From an uncultured Chloroflexia bacterium (GTDB lineage: Bacteria > Chloroflexota > Dehalococcoidia > DSTF01 > JACRBR01): DNA of 64,000 bases. The stretch is from NCBI GenBank assembly GCA_963743185.1, contig CAVUOT010000007.1, forward strand, positions 24,869-88,868. Reading direction: 5' to 3'. Every line of letters begins with the position of its first letter. The first letter of the stretch is position 1. Both the position numbers and the translations under genes were made by a program. Of this stretch, positions 1 to 9,468 are shown in pieces. The notes beneath the pieces are model-generated. The model did not search any database. It saw only the letters and a list, made by a program, of their open reading frames with translations, and was not told the origin of the DNA.

Positions 1-344
1 TCCGGAGCCTCCGCCGTGAGCTGCGCGATCCGCTCGTCGCCGGCGGCGAGCGCCTGCGTCACGCCTCGGAGCGTCGCGGCCAGCGGCGCGGCGTCCTGCC
101 ACACGCGGTCCAGCTCCACCTGGTCCGCTTCGACTTCGACGTCGCGGTCGGCGAACGTCGTCAGCGGGCCGAGGTCGATCTTCAGCTCGCCGCGCAGCAG
201 CAGCGCCAGCTGCGACAGCGGGTGCAGCGAGCCGTAGCGCGTCGAGAAGGCGAGCGAGAGGAAGTAGACGAGCACGTCGCCCGGCCCGCCCAGCTCGACC
301 GGGCACGGCTCCGCGGCGTCGGTCTCGAAGAAGAATCGCGACAC
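1..344 (-). CDS. hypothetical protein; N-terminal part only, the gene runs off the left edge
   Basis: Minus-strand frame is open from GTG (342-344) to position 1. Translation VSRFFFETDAAEPCPVELGGPGDVLVYFLSLAFSTRYGSLHPLSQLALLLRGELKIDLGPL... is protein-like. It is absent from the ORF track because there is no stop inside the window. No family recognised. Confidence 0.4.
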   Translation of the reverse strand, partial: MSRFFFETDAAEPCPVELGGPGDVLVYFLSLAFSTRYGSLHPLSQLALLLRGELKIDLGPLTTFADRDVEVEADQVELDRVWQDAAPLAATLRGVTQALAAGDERIAQLTAEAP

Positions 345-430
345 GCCGCATGGTACAGCGCCCGGCGCCGAACGGCCGTCGGCCTCGCTATACTGATCCC
401 AGCCCCACGCACCCATCGAAAGGATGCCCA

Positions 431-1708
431 GTGCCCATCGAATGGCAGATCTCGACGCTCCCCAACGGGCTCCGCGTCGTCACCACCCCCGTCGCTACCG
501 CCCAGTCCGTCAGCGTCAACGTCTTCGTCGGCATCGGCTCGCGAGGCGAGGACCGCCGCACGAACGGCCTCTCGCACTACATGGAGCACATGCTCTTCAA
601 GGGCACCGAGCGCCGCAGCGACGCGATCGTCATCGCCGAGGCCATCGAGGGCGCGGGCGGCGTGCTCAACGCGTACACGTCGAAGGAGCTGACCTGCTAC
701 TGGAACCAGGTGCCGTTCGACAAGCTGGCGCTGGCGATGGACGTGCTCGCCGACATGTACCGCCGCTCGCTCCTCGACCAGGCCGAGATCGACCGCGAGC
801 GCACCGTCGTCCAGCAGGAGATCCGCCGCGCCTTCGACCAGCCCGGCGCCTGGGCGTCGGAGCTGCTGTCGCGCGCCACGTTCGGCGACCAGCCGATCGG
901 CTGGCCCGTCGCCGGCTCCATCGAGACGGTGGAGGCGATGCGGCGCGACGACTTCGTCGAGCACGTCGCGAGCTACTACGTGCCGTCGAACACCGTGCTC
1001 AGCGTCGCCGGCAACACGACGCACGCGGAGGTGCTGCGCCTGGCCGAAGACCTCTTCGGCGATCTGCCCGACCGCGCCGTGCCCGCGTCGCCCGCCGCCG
1101 TCACGCAGTTCGCGCCCGAACGCGTCGTCGTGGAGACGCGCGAGATCGCGCAGTGCAACATGGGCATCGCCCTGCACGCGCTGCGGCGCGACGACCCGGA
1201 CCGCTACCCGCTGATGGTGCTCAACACGATCCTCGGGCGCGGCATGAGCTCGCGGCTGTTCAAGGAGGTGCGCGAGCGCCGCGGCCTCGCCTACTCCGTC
1301 GGCTCCGGCGTGTCGCGGTACAGCGACATCGGCACGATGAGCGTCAGCGCCGGCGTCACGCTGGAGCATCTCGAAGAAGCGACGCAGGTGATCCGCGACC
1401 AGCTCTTCCGCATGCGCGACGAGCCCGCCGGCGAAGAGGAGATGACGAAGGCGCGCGACTTCTCGACCGGCAACTTCCGCCTCGGCCTGGAGTCGACGAT
1501 GGCGCTCGCCCAGCGCGCCGGCGAAGCGCTGCTGATGACCGGCGAGATCGAGCCGATCGAGGACGTCGTGTCGTCGATCGCCGCGGTGACGGCGGACGAC
1601 GTCCAGCGCGTGGCGCAGCGTCTCTTCAAGCCCGGCGGCTTCGCCATGGCCGTCGTCGGCCCCGGCGGCGACGCGGAGCGGCTGCGGGAGATCCTGGACG
1701 CGGCGTGA
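431..1708 (+). CDS. M16 family (pitrilysin/insulinase-like) zinc peptidase
   Basis: ORF 350..1708. HYMEHMLFKG carries the inverted HxxEH zinc motif of M16, and LPNGLRVV is a typical N-terminus. The likely start is GTG 431, preceded by GAAAGGA; the ATG at 350 is the alternative. Confidence 0.9.
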   Translation: MPIEWQISTLPNGLRVVTTPVATAQSVSVNVFVGIGSRGEDRRTNGLSHYMEHMLFKGTERRSDAIVIAEAIEGAGGVLNAYTSKELTCYWNQVPFDKLALAMDVLADMYRRSLLDQAEIDRERTVVQQEIRRAFDQPGAWASELLSRATFGDQPIGWPVAGSIETVEAMRRDDFVEHVASYYVPSNTVLSVAGNTTHAEVLRLAEDLFGDLPDRAVPASPAAVTQFAPERVVVETREIAQCNMGIALHALRRDDPDRYPLMVLNTILGRGMSSRLFKEVRERRGLAYSVGSGVSRYSDIGTMSVSAGVTLEHLEEATQVIRDQLFRMRDEPAGEEEMTKARDFSTGNFRLGLESTMALAQRAGEALLMTGEIEPIEDVVSSIAAVTADDVQRVAQRLFKPGGFAMAVVGPGGDAERLREILDAA

Positions 1709-2211
1709 CGGCGGGTTGCGGCGTCGCCTTAGTCAGCCGCCGTTGCGAAACGCATGAAGATGTGACCGCGGCGACTGCTCTTGGATGCTGTTGATCCATT
1801 GTCGAGGTGCCCATCCCCCGCGAAGAACTTGACGGTCTTCCATTGCCAGCGTATCCTGAGCCGACGCCAATCGAAGATCAACAAGGTGCCCTTGCCATGC
1901 CGAATATCGGTCAGCGAACCGTGACGAAACTGGCGTTCAGTGACCACGTAGACGCCGATCTCGATCACGCCCAGGTCGCAGGCTACTCGATGAGAGGCAA
2001 GTGGTCCCACCGTCGACCGAAACGGCCTTTGGTTAAGGCCGCGACGCCCTAGCGCGAATCCTTCCTCGAGCGACCGCGCCACCATTGCAGGCAGGAGCAG
2101 GAGCTGCCAAGCGATGCATCAGCAGGCTCATGAGCCGATAGCGATCGAGCAGAAAGGCCCTCAGTTCGGGGCCTCGTCTTCTGCATCTGCGAACGTCGCC
2201 GGGCTCGCCGT

Positions 2212-4139
2212 TCACACCAGCGCCGGCGCCTCCACCGCCGCCAGCTCCTCCGCGCTCAGCAGGTCGCGCAGGATCGACGGGAACAGCGGCGGATACACGT
2301 CGTACAGGTACGCCGTACGTCGCTTCGAGCATGGCTGACGTGTCCTTGATCTCCATCCAGGCGCGCTGGATCTCGTTGAGCGCGAGATACGCCTCCTTGC
2401 AGTGCTCCTGGATCAGCGCGAGGATGCGCTGCACCGCGCGCGTGTCGATCGCGCAGCTCGTCACGAACTTGATGTTCTCGGCGTAGACCTGGCGGATCAG
2501 CGCCGACGCGCGGCGCCGCCGGCGCTCGGCGTTCGCGAGGTGCTCCTCCGCGCGCGCGCGCTGCTGCTCGTCGCCCGCGCGATCGCCGAGTTGCGCGATG
2601 CCGTAGCGCATCGAGGCGACGCGCGTGTCGACAAAGACCTCCAGCACGCGGTCGAGTCCGCGCAGCGCGCGCTCCGGCAGCGGCCGCCAGGACTCGCGCG
2701 ACGCCTGCTGCGCCGTCGCCGCGCAGCTCGTCGCGCAGGATCTCCGTGATCGCGACGCCGTGCATGTACGGCCATTCGTGGCGCGCCTCGTCGGGCTGCC
2801 AGCCGAAGTTGCAGGCGCGCTGCATCGCCCGCATGTGCAACGCGAGGCGCGTGCCGCCGTCCAGCGGCGAGAGGTCGCCGATCGCGGCCTCGAGTTGCGC
2901 CGCGGTGAGCGGGATGTCGAGGCTGTGGCCGAACGCCGCCAGCAGCGCCTTGAACGTGTCGGCGATGAACGTGCCCGGCTCCCAGAAGATGAACGGCCAG
3001 CGGCGGAAGACCTCGCGGTCGTTGTCGACGCCGCGGAACGCGCCGGCGTCGCGCGGCGGGTAGTGCCCGTCGCTGCGCAGCACCAGCCGGATCTCCGGCG
3101 CCCACGACGCCTGGTGGAAGCGCAGGTGCGGCAGCGGCGCGGTCGCCGGCGGCGACAGCCCGTCGATGTACTCGTCGGGCGTGACGAAGCGCACGTCCGC
3201 GATGCCTTCGCCGCGCACGGCCGCCCACGCCTCGCCGAGGATCTCGAGCGCCTCTTCGCCGAAGTCCATCAGCTCCAGGTCCTGGATGTAGAGCAGCAGC
3301 CCGCCGTCCGGCGCGGCGGCGAGCGCGCGGCGCAGCGTCTCGGCGTACTCCGCCACGGCCTGCTCGCGCGCGATCGGGAACGCGACCGTCCGGTCCTCGC
3401 GGTACTCCTCGTCGAGCACGTGGTACTTGCCCAGGATGTAGCCCTGCGGCCCGAGCCGGTCCGCCTTCCACTTCGTGATCGGCCGCCAGATCTCCTGCGA
3501 GATCGCGAAGTGACGCGGCAGCGCGAGCAACCCGTCGCCGATCGTGAACGCGCCGTAGCGCGGATCGTCGCCGTCGGGAGCGGGCGCGCCGTCGAACGAG
3601 TACCGCGTCGTCGCGCCGCTGAGCTGCGGGAAGATGACGTACTCGATGCCCGCCTGCGCGAAGCCGGCGAGCTTGCGCGCGTCGATCGAACCCTCCATCG
3701 GGAACGCGCCGGCGTGCCGCGGCTCCGGCGCGCCGACGACGTCGCGCAGGTACTCGCGGTTCAGCCGCAGCTCGTCCGCCAGCTCGCCGTCGCCGAGCAT
3801 GGCGATGTGCGTGTGGAAGGCGTTGCCGTAGATCGGGTACAGCGCGCCGGAGCGGTACGCCTCGCCCAGGCGCGCGAACGTCGCTGGCATGTGGCGCCGC
3901 ACCTGCATCAGCAGCTCGTTCGTGGCTTCGAGGCAGATCGGCGCGTCGAGGCGGCGGCCAAGCTCGATGAGCTTCGTGTAGACGTCGCGGCCGGCGGCCG
4001 CGCGCTTCTGCAGCCAGTGCTCGTTGTCGAGCGCCTGCCGCCGCAGGTCCTCGTCCTCCAGCGTCTCGATCACGGCGCGCGGCAGGTCCCACGAAGGCTC
4101 GTGCGCATGAAAGGCGAGGATGACGGTGACGGATTTCAT
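2212..4139 (-). CDS. GH57-like glycoside hydrolase; apparent frameshifts near 2710 and 2300
   Basis: N-terminus MKSVTVILAFHAHEPSWDLP...FHTHIAML of ORF 2256..4139 resembles GH57-type enzymes. After ~residue 475 that frame turns into Arg/Ala junk. A protein-like reading continues in the 2033..2647 frame (SWRPLPERALRGLDRVLEVFVDTR...EIQRAWMEIKD). It then moves to a third frame (YLYDVYPPLFPSILRDLLSAEELAAVEAPALV*, stop at 2212-2214). Confidence 0.55.
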
Positions 4140-4142
4140 GGT

Positions 4143-4373
4143 GAGTTTGTAGTTCTTAGTTTGTAGTGAGTAGTGATCTTGGCCGATGCGCGTCGGTGTG
4201 ATGCGGCTGCCGGTTCAGCACCAAAGGGGACGGTTCTCGGAACCGCCCTTACGCATTCGCGAATACGCCTTCGGCATGAGCTCCCCTCTCCACGTCGTGG
4301 AGAGGGCCGGGGGTGAGGTCGCGTCTCGCCAACGTTCTCCGACTACGAACTACAAACCACCAACTACAAACTC
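4143..4373. repeat. Intercistronic palindromic element: imperfect 32-nt inverted heptad-TAG arms flanking a REP-like core
   Basis: The left arm is GAGTTTGTAGTTCTTAGTTTGTAGTGAGTAGT (4143-4174). The reverse complement of the right arm (4342-4373) is GAGTTTGTAGTTGGTGGTTTGTAGTTCGTAGT. The outer 12 bp are perfect and about 26 of 32 positions match. The element fills the glgC/GH57 spacer. Confidence 0.7.
4281..4320 (+). repeat. REP-like palindromic repeat, copy 1 (CCCTCTCCAC-gtc-GTGGAGAGGG followed by CCGGGGGTGAGGT)
   Basis: ctcccctctccacgtcgtggagagggccgggggtgaggtc. It has a 10-bp stem with a 3-nt loop plus the conserved GGGGTGAGGT tail. The same family occurs at 24660, 29238, 32421 and 33321. Confidence 0.8.
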
Positions 4374-4376
4374 CCC

Positions 4377-5672
4377 CTACACCCCGTGCGGAAACGCTCG
4401 CTCGGCGGCGCGGATCGTCGTGCCGCTGGCGATGTAGCCGTCGGCGCCCTGCCCCGCCGCCGTCACGTTCGGCCCGATGACGCAGTTGCGGCCGATGCGC
4501 ACGTACGGCGGGATCTCGGCGCGCTTGCCGATGATCGTGACGCCCGTGTTCACGATGTCCGGCCGCTCGAGGTTCGGCGCGAAATCGTCGCCGTAGCCGA
4601 CATAGGCGTTCTTGCCGACGATCACGCCCTTGTCCAGGATCGACCGCTCGACGATAGCGCCCGATTCGATGCGGCAATCGTCGAAGATGATCGAGTCCCG
4701 CACCACGGCGCCCTCTTCCACAAACACGCCGGGCGAAAGCACCGAGTGTTCGACGTGGCCGTTGACGATGCACCCGAGGTCCAGCAGCGAGCGCTGGATG
4801 TACGCGCGCCAGCCGACTTTCGCCGGCGGGTAGCCGGTGACCCGCGTGCGGATCCGCGTCTCCGGGTCGTACATGTTCAGGTCGGGCAGGTCTTCCAGCA
4901 GGTCCATGTTGCCGTCGTAGTACGACTGGATCGTTCCGACGTCGCGCCAGTAGCCGTTGAACGGGAAGCCGTACACCTTCTGCGATGGGTCGGCGACCAT
5001 CGCGGGGATGATGTCGCCGCCGAAGTCGTGCGTCGAGTCGTCGCGCGTCGAGTCGGCGATGAGCTGGTCGATCAGCGCCTGGCGGTTGAAGACGTAGATA
5101 CCCATCGAAATCAGGTTGGACTTCGGGCGGTCGGGCTTCTCGTCGAACTCGACCACGCGGTTCTCGTCGTCCGTCGTGAGCACGCCATAGCGATGCGCTT
5201 CGGGCATCGGCACCTGGTACAGCGGCACCGTGACGTCGGCGCCGTGCGCCAGATGGTACGCGATCAGCTCGTCGTAGTTCATCTTGTAGACGTGGTCGCC
5301 GGCCAGGATCAACACCAGCTCGGCGCGTGTCTCCTCGATGAAGTAGATGTTCTGCGCGACCGCGTCCGCCGTGCCGCGATACCAGTCCGAGCTGTCGCGG
5401 CCCAGGTATGGCTGCAGCAGCGTCACGCCACCGCCCTGCCGGTCGAGGTCCCACGGCCGGCCGATGCCGATATGGTCGTTCAGCGACCGCGGCCGGTACT
5501 GTGTGAGCACGCCGACGCGACTGACGCCGGAGTTGACGCAGTTGCTGAGCGCGAAGTCGATGATCCGGTAGCGCCCGCCGTAGATCACGGCGGGCTTTGC
5601 CCGCTCTTCGCTGAGCACGCTCAGCCGGTCTCCCTGACCGCCCGCCAGGATCAGCGCCACGACTCGCTTCAT
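4377..5672 (-). CDS. glgC: glucose-1-phosphate adenylyltransferase
   Basis: Internal start of ORF 4377..6536 at ATG 5672. MKRVVALILAGGQGDRLSVLSEERAKPAVIYGGRYRIIDFALSNCVNSG is the canonical GlgC N-terminus, and the C-terminus has left-handed beta-helix repeats. 431 aa. Confidence 0.93.
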   Translation of the reverse strand: MKRVVALILAGGQGDRLSVLSEERAKPAVIYGGRYRIIDFALSNCVNSGVSRVGVLTQYRPRSLNDHIGIGRPWDLDRQGGGVTLLQPYLGRDSSDWYRGTADAVAQNIYFIEETRAELVLILAGDHVYKMNYDELIAYHLAHGADVTVPLYQVPMPEAHRYGVLTTDDENRVVEFDEKPDRPKSNLISMGIYVFNRQALIDQLIADSTRDDSTHDFGGDIIPAMVADPSQKVYGFPFNGYWRDVGTIQSYYDGNMDLLEDLPDLNMYDPETRIRTRVTGYPPAKVGWRAYIQRSLLDLGCIVNGHVEHSVLSPGVFVEEGAVVRDSIIFDDCRIESGAIVERSILDKGVIVGKNAYVGYGDDFAPNLERPDIVNTGVTIIGKRAEIPPYVRIGRNCVIGPNVTAAGQGADGYIASGTTIRAAERAFPHGV

Positions 5673-5686
5673 CGATAACCCTTGCT

Positions 5687-6979
5687 CTAGTGGTGTACCC
5701 GCTGCGTCTGCGGCCGCGGTGCCGCGGGTTCCAGGCCGGACACCTGACAGAAGATGTTCAGGTAATCTCGAAGATAGCGCGTCGTGAGGAAATTGTCCCG
5801 CACGTACTCCACGCCCGTCGCCCCCATTCGGTCCGCCTCCTCGCGGTGATGCAGGAGGAAGAGCAGCTTCTCCACGCACTCCTCGCTGGTATTCACCAGG
5901 AACCCCGTCTTGCCGTTGACGATCTGCAGCGGGATCCCCCCAACGTTGCCTGCGACTACTGGACGTCCCTTCCATAAGGCCTCCGAGACTACAAGCCCGA
6001 AACCCTCGCGCACCGACTTCTGGATGACCACGCGAGCCGCGCGCTGAAACGCGTTGACTTCGATGTTGCCGACGCCGTTGAGGTTGCTCAGGATGTGGAT
6101 GTCGAAATCCTCGCCGGCGCGGCGCACCGTGCGCTCGTACCAGTCCCACCCTTCCGGATCGTCGCTCGCCATTGATGCCACCATGACGAGCTGCAGATCC
6201 GGCACCTCGCGCTTGGCCGCGCGGTACACGTCGATGACGCCCAGCGGGTCCTTCCACGGATCGAAGCGCGAGATCTGCGTGACCATCGGCCGCTTCGGGT
6301 CGACGCCGTAGCGCTCGAGGATCGCGTTTACGGTCTCGTCCGGCAGGTCGGCGTTCTTGGGGCTCAGCGGATCGATCGCGGGAGGCACGCAGAAGATCCG
6401 CGGGTGCTGCAGGTCGTCCTTCACGTAATCCGGCAGCGTGAAGATCGCGGCGTCGTACCGCTCGACGTGCGGCCGCAGCAGGTCCCACACCTGCACCTGC
6501 GCGTCGGTGATATCGATGTGGCAGCGCCACACCCACTTGCCCGGACGGCTCCCCGTGCGCTCCTCCAGAAACGCCGGGATCGCGGCCGGCTGCGGGTCGT
6601 GGATCACGACGTAGTCGTACGATTCGTCGAACAGATCCGCGTTGAGCTTGTTGTAGTCCAGCCAGATCTGCCGCATCGCCGGCGTCCAGTCGTAGTACAT
6701 GCCCTGCAGGCTGTTGTGCATGGCCTTCGTCACGTTGAAGAACTCGTCGGCACCCTTGATCACCTGCCAGTCCGCGTCGAGGCCGATGTCGTTCATCAGC
6801 GGCACCATCGTGCCCAGGATCTCCGCGACGCCCCCACCGAACGCCGTGGCGTTGACGTGCAGCACGCGCGCCCCGCGCAGGCGGTCGGCGAGGCGCAGGA
6901 TCTCTTCGGTCGCCGGGTCGCCGATGACGGGGCGGTACGCCTCGAGCGATTTCGGAGTGGTCGGGACCGATCCCAGCAT
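5687..6979 (-). CDS. treT: trehalose synthase, TreT-type GT4 glycosyltransferase
   Basis: Start ATG 6979 (MLGSVPTTPKSLEAYRPVIG). Motifs recalled from archaeal TreT: HVNATAFGGGVAEIL, FFNVTKAMHNSLQG, HDPQPAA, WRCHIDI, SRFDPWKDP, EGFGLVVSEALWKGRPV. ATGA start/stop overlap with the upstream paralog. Confidence 0.85.
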   Translation of the reverse strand: MLGSVPTTPKSLEAYRPVIGDPATEEILRLADRLRGARVLHVNATAFGGGVAEILGTMVPLMNDIGLDADWQVIKGADEFFNVTKAMHNSLQGMYYDWTPAMRQIWLDYNKLNADLFDESYDYVVIHDPQPAAIPAFLEERTGSRPGKWVWRCHIDITDAQVQVWDLLRPHVERYDAAIFTLPDYVKDDLQHPRIFCVPPAIDPLSPKNADLPDETVNAILERYGVDPKRPMVTQISRFDPWKDPLGVIDVYRAAKREVPDLQLVMVASMASDDPEGWDWYERTVRRAGEDFDIHILSNLNGVGNIEVNAFQRAARVVIQKSVREGFGLVVSEALWKGRPVVAGNVGGIPLQIVNGKTGFLVNTSEECVEKLLFLLHHREEADRMGATGVEYVRDNFLTTRYLRDYLNIFCQVSGLEPAAPRPQTQRVHH

Positions 6980-8223
6980 CAGTTCTTGTTCCTGTGCAGT
7001 TCGTTCAGAATACGCAGGTAGTCCCGTAGGTATCGGGTGATCAGGAAGCGTTCCGCAACGTGCTGACGCCCGGATCTTCCGAATTCTGCCGCCGCGGCGC
7101 TGTCGTCGAGCAGCCGCGAGACCGCGTCGGCGAACTCGTCCGTCGTGTTGGCGATGATGCCGGTCCGGCCGTCGATCACCTGCTCCGTCAGCCCGCCCGC
7201 CGGGGCGACGACGCACGGCCGCTCCTTCCAGAGCGCGTCCGACACCCACAGCCCGAAGCCCTTGCGCAGCCCCTTCTGCAGCACGACCGAGGCCGCCCGC
7301 TGGAACACGTTGAGTTCGACGTTCCCGACTTCGTTCCCGGCGGAGACGATGAACGCCGACGGCTCTTCATGGCAGCGGCGCGCCAGCTCGTCGTAGCAGG
7401 TGCGGCCGTGTGGGTCCTGCGGCTCCGTCGTCAGCACGAAGACGAGCTGCAGTGCCGGGTGGCGCTCGCGCGCCTTCAGCCACACGTCGACGACGCCGCA
7501 GAGGTCACTGGCCGCGTCGCACGGCGAGACGTGGCAGAGCAGCGGCCGCGCCGGGTCGATGCCGTACTGTGTCAGCACGGTGTTGATCACCTCGTCCGAA
7601 AGCGGCATGTTGCGCGCGCTGTTCGGGTCGATCGCGGGTGGCACGATGTACGTCTTGACCGGCATATCGGGGCGCGCGAAGCCGGGCGCGTCGAAGATCG
7701 CAGCGTCGTACAGCGCGACGTGGCCGCGCAGCAACATCCACACGTCCTCCTGCGCGGAAGACAGGTCGAGGTGTGAGTGCATCAACCACTTCGCGTCCGC
7801 GTTCGTCGTCACGTACGAGCGCATCGCCAGCGGCTGCGGGCTGTGCACGATGATTACGTCGAACGGCTCGGTGAGGAGCCCGGCGTTCACTTCGGCGTAG
7901 CGCAGCCAGACCTCGGTCATCTCGTGGGTCCACTTGACCGGAACGCCTCCGAGCGCCTGGTACATCGCCCGCCCGACCTGCGCTGCTTCCTCCGATTCGC
8001 GCACGACCTGCCAGTGCGCGTCAAGCCCGAGGTCGTTCATCAGCGGCACCGAGGAGTTGAGCAGTTCGGCAGTGCCGGTGCCGAAGCCCGTGATGCTCAG
8101 GTTCAGCACGCGCAGGCCTTCGATGGGCCGCGCGAGCGCGCGCAGCTCGGCGATTGTGGCGTCGCCGGCGCTGTTGCGCAGATCGTCCAGTGCCCGATGC
8201 GTGAGTGCGAGTGTGCCGTACAT
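6979..8223 (-). CDS. TreT-like GT4 glycosyltransferase (divergent paralog)
   Basis: ORF 6979..8223. It has the same architecture as treT (NLSITGFGTGTAELLNSSVPLMNDLGLDAHWQV, HSPQPLA, PPAIDP, KGFGLWVSDALWKERP) but is clearly diverged. Confidence 0.8.
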   Translation of the reverse strand: MYGTLALTHRALDDLRNSAGDATIAELRALARPIEGLRVLNLSITGFGTGTAELLNSSVPLMNDLGLDAHWQVVRESEEAAQVGRAMYQALGGVPVKWTHEMTEVWLRYAEVNAGLLTEPFDVIIVHSPQPLAMRSYVTTNADAKWLMHSHLDLSSAQEDVWMLLRGHVALYDAAIFDAPGFARPDMPVKTYIVPPAIDPNSARNMPLSDEVINTVLTQYGIDPARPLLCHVSPCDAASDLCGVVDVWLKARERHPALQLVFVLTTEPQDPHGRTCYDELARRCHEEPSAFIVSAGNEVGNVELNVFQRAASVVLQKGLRKGFGLWVSDALWKERPCVVAPAGGLTEQVIDGRTGIIANTTDEFADAVSRLLDDSAAAAEFGRSGRQHVAERFLITRYLRDYLRILNELHRNKN

Positions 8224-8695
8224 GCGGTCCTCCTGACGGAATCCTCGCCGGGCTGCGCGGGGGCGAGGCTGCGGCCGCCGCTTTCGGGATGGAGCGGCGT
8301 CACGTGTGCGCGTGTCGGTGTTTGTTCCACCAAGGCGTTCGCCCGGGACCTTGCGGGGGTCGAGGGAGAAGCGTCTCCGAGCGCCTGCGGGGTTAGCTGC
8401 CGGGTTCGGGCTTCAGAGTGCCCGTCTCGCTTCCGCGAAATTCACCCCTGCCACCGCCCGGTCCCCCGGCGGGTGGCGTCGGTTCCCCCGTTCCGCGCCG
8501 CGATTAAGCGCGGATTCGGCCCTGCTTCGCCTCCCATCCTACGATCGGCGTCAGAGGGTGTCAATTCACGAAGCTGCGTAAACGTCGTCGAAACCCGCAC
8601 GACGCGAAGAGGGAAGCGGATTGGACAAGAATGAGTTGATGCGAGCGCGCTCGCGTTCACTATCACAAAGTGGAAGCGCGATATGATCGCGGGCG

Positions 8696-9451
8696 ATGTC
8701 GTCTGATGAAACGATGCGCAAGATCAGCGCGCACTGGCGCGCGCAGCTGGGCTGCGACGTGCACGCGCTGCCCGGCGGCGTGACGGTGATTGCGCACGCG
8801 GCGGCGCTTGCGGCGTACCGCGGCGCGTACGCCGTGATGCGCGAAGATCGATGTGTCGTCTCCGCGCCGGCATCGGTCGCGGATCGCGCGCGCGATGCGC
8901 TTGCCGGGCGGGCCGCGGCAGACGTGTTCGACGCGCGTGCGATCGCCGTGCCGTTTGGCGATGCCGTCGAGCGCGTCATCGGGCCAGCGTGGATCGGCTA
9001 CGCGGATGCCGCCGATGTTCGAGCGCCGGACGCGCGTGACGCGCGGCTGCTGACCCCAGACGACGATGCCGCCCTTCGAACGCTGGCGGCCGCCGCAGGG
9101 GAGACCGCATGGCAGCACAGCGCCATCGACTTCAACCGCGCACCGATTTTCGGCCTCTTAGCGCATGGAGTGTTGGCCGCTGCGTGCTCATACGAACGGC
9201 GAGGCGAGCACATCTTCCACGTAGGCGTCGTCACGCATCCGGCCCATCGTGGCCGAGGCTACGGGCGCGCTGTGGCCAGCGCTGCTACGGCGCACGGGTT
9301 GGCCGCGGGCGGGATCATGCAGTGGCAGACGCTCGTCGCGAACGCACCGTCACTCGCGATCGGGCGGTCGCTGGGATACCGGGAGTACTGCCGGACGATC
9401 GCCGTGCGGTTGCGGGATGATGCGCACCACGTCGCCATTGGCGACGCATGA
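8696..9451 (+). CDS. GNAT family N-acetyltransferase
   Basis: ORF 8696..9451. The C-terminal HVGVVTHPAHRGRGYGRAVASAA motif (R/Q-x-x-G-x-G/A acetyl-CoA site) is typical of GNATs. Confidence 0.7.
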   Translation: MSSDETMRKISAHWRAQLGCDVHALPGGVTVIAHAAALAAYRGAYAVMREDRCVVSAPASVADRARDALAGRAAADVFDARAIAVPFGDAVERVIGPAWIGYADAADVRAPDARDARLLTPDDDAALRTLAAAAGETAWQHSAIDFNRAPIFGLLAHGVLAAACSYERRGEHIFHVGVVTHPAHRGRGYGRAVASAATAHGLAAGGIMQWQTLVANAPSLAIGRSLGYREYCRTIAVRLRDDAHHVAIGDA

Positions 9452-9468
9452 CTCGCGGCGCCTGGCGG

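Noticed and set aside
182-1369. Long antisense or shadow ORFs throughout the window. Examples: 182..1369 -, 2625..4166 +, 4386..5678 +, 12490..13893 +, 15909..17084 +, 29202..30578 -, 30050..31468 -, 45621..46652 +, 48263..49522 +, 52561..53976 +, 55336..56319 -, 56877..58709 -.
   Set aside because: They lie opposite well-supported genes. Their products are Arg/Ala/Gly/Pro-rich and lack motifs. Open frames on both strands are expected at this G+C content because stop codons are rare.
2256-2700. C-terminal ~150 aa of the 627 aa ORF 2256..4139 as real protein sequence.
   Set aside because: The sequence becomes Arg/Ala junk (..AAGARAARTRPRAGGLCRHARRLDALRHRATRRSRGRR..), while another frame gives a normal protein-like continuation. 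It is treated as a frameshift artefact.
4143-4373. Calling the inverted-arm element a bona fide MITE or transposon.
   Set aside because: No target-site duplication was identified and no transposase is in the window. The arms are low-complexity heptads that could arise by other means, so it is kept as a 'repeat' only.
4141-4376. Heptad and palindromic repeats (also at 13862-13900 and 26613-26700) as a CRISPR array.
   Set aside because: The units are 7 nt with no spacers of 25-40 nt and no regular ~30 nt direct repeat. No cas genes are in the window.
8635-8663. Possible promoter with a 14-nt perfect palindrome operator (GCGAGCGCGCTCGC, 8641-8654) upstream of the GNAT gene.
   Set aside because: The -35 and -10 matches (TTGATG / CACTAT) are weak, and GC-rich palindromes of this size are common here. 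It is not reported as a feature.
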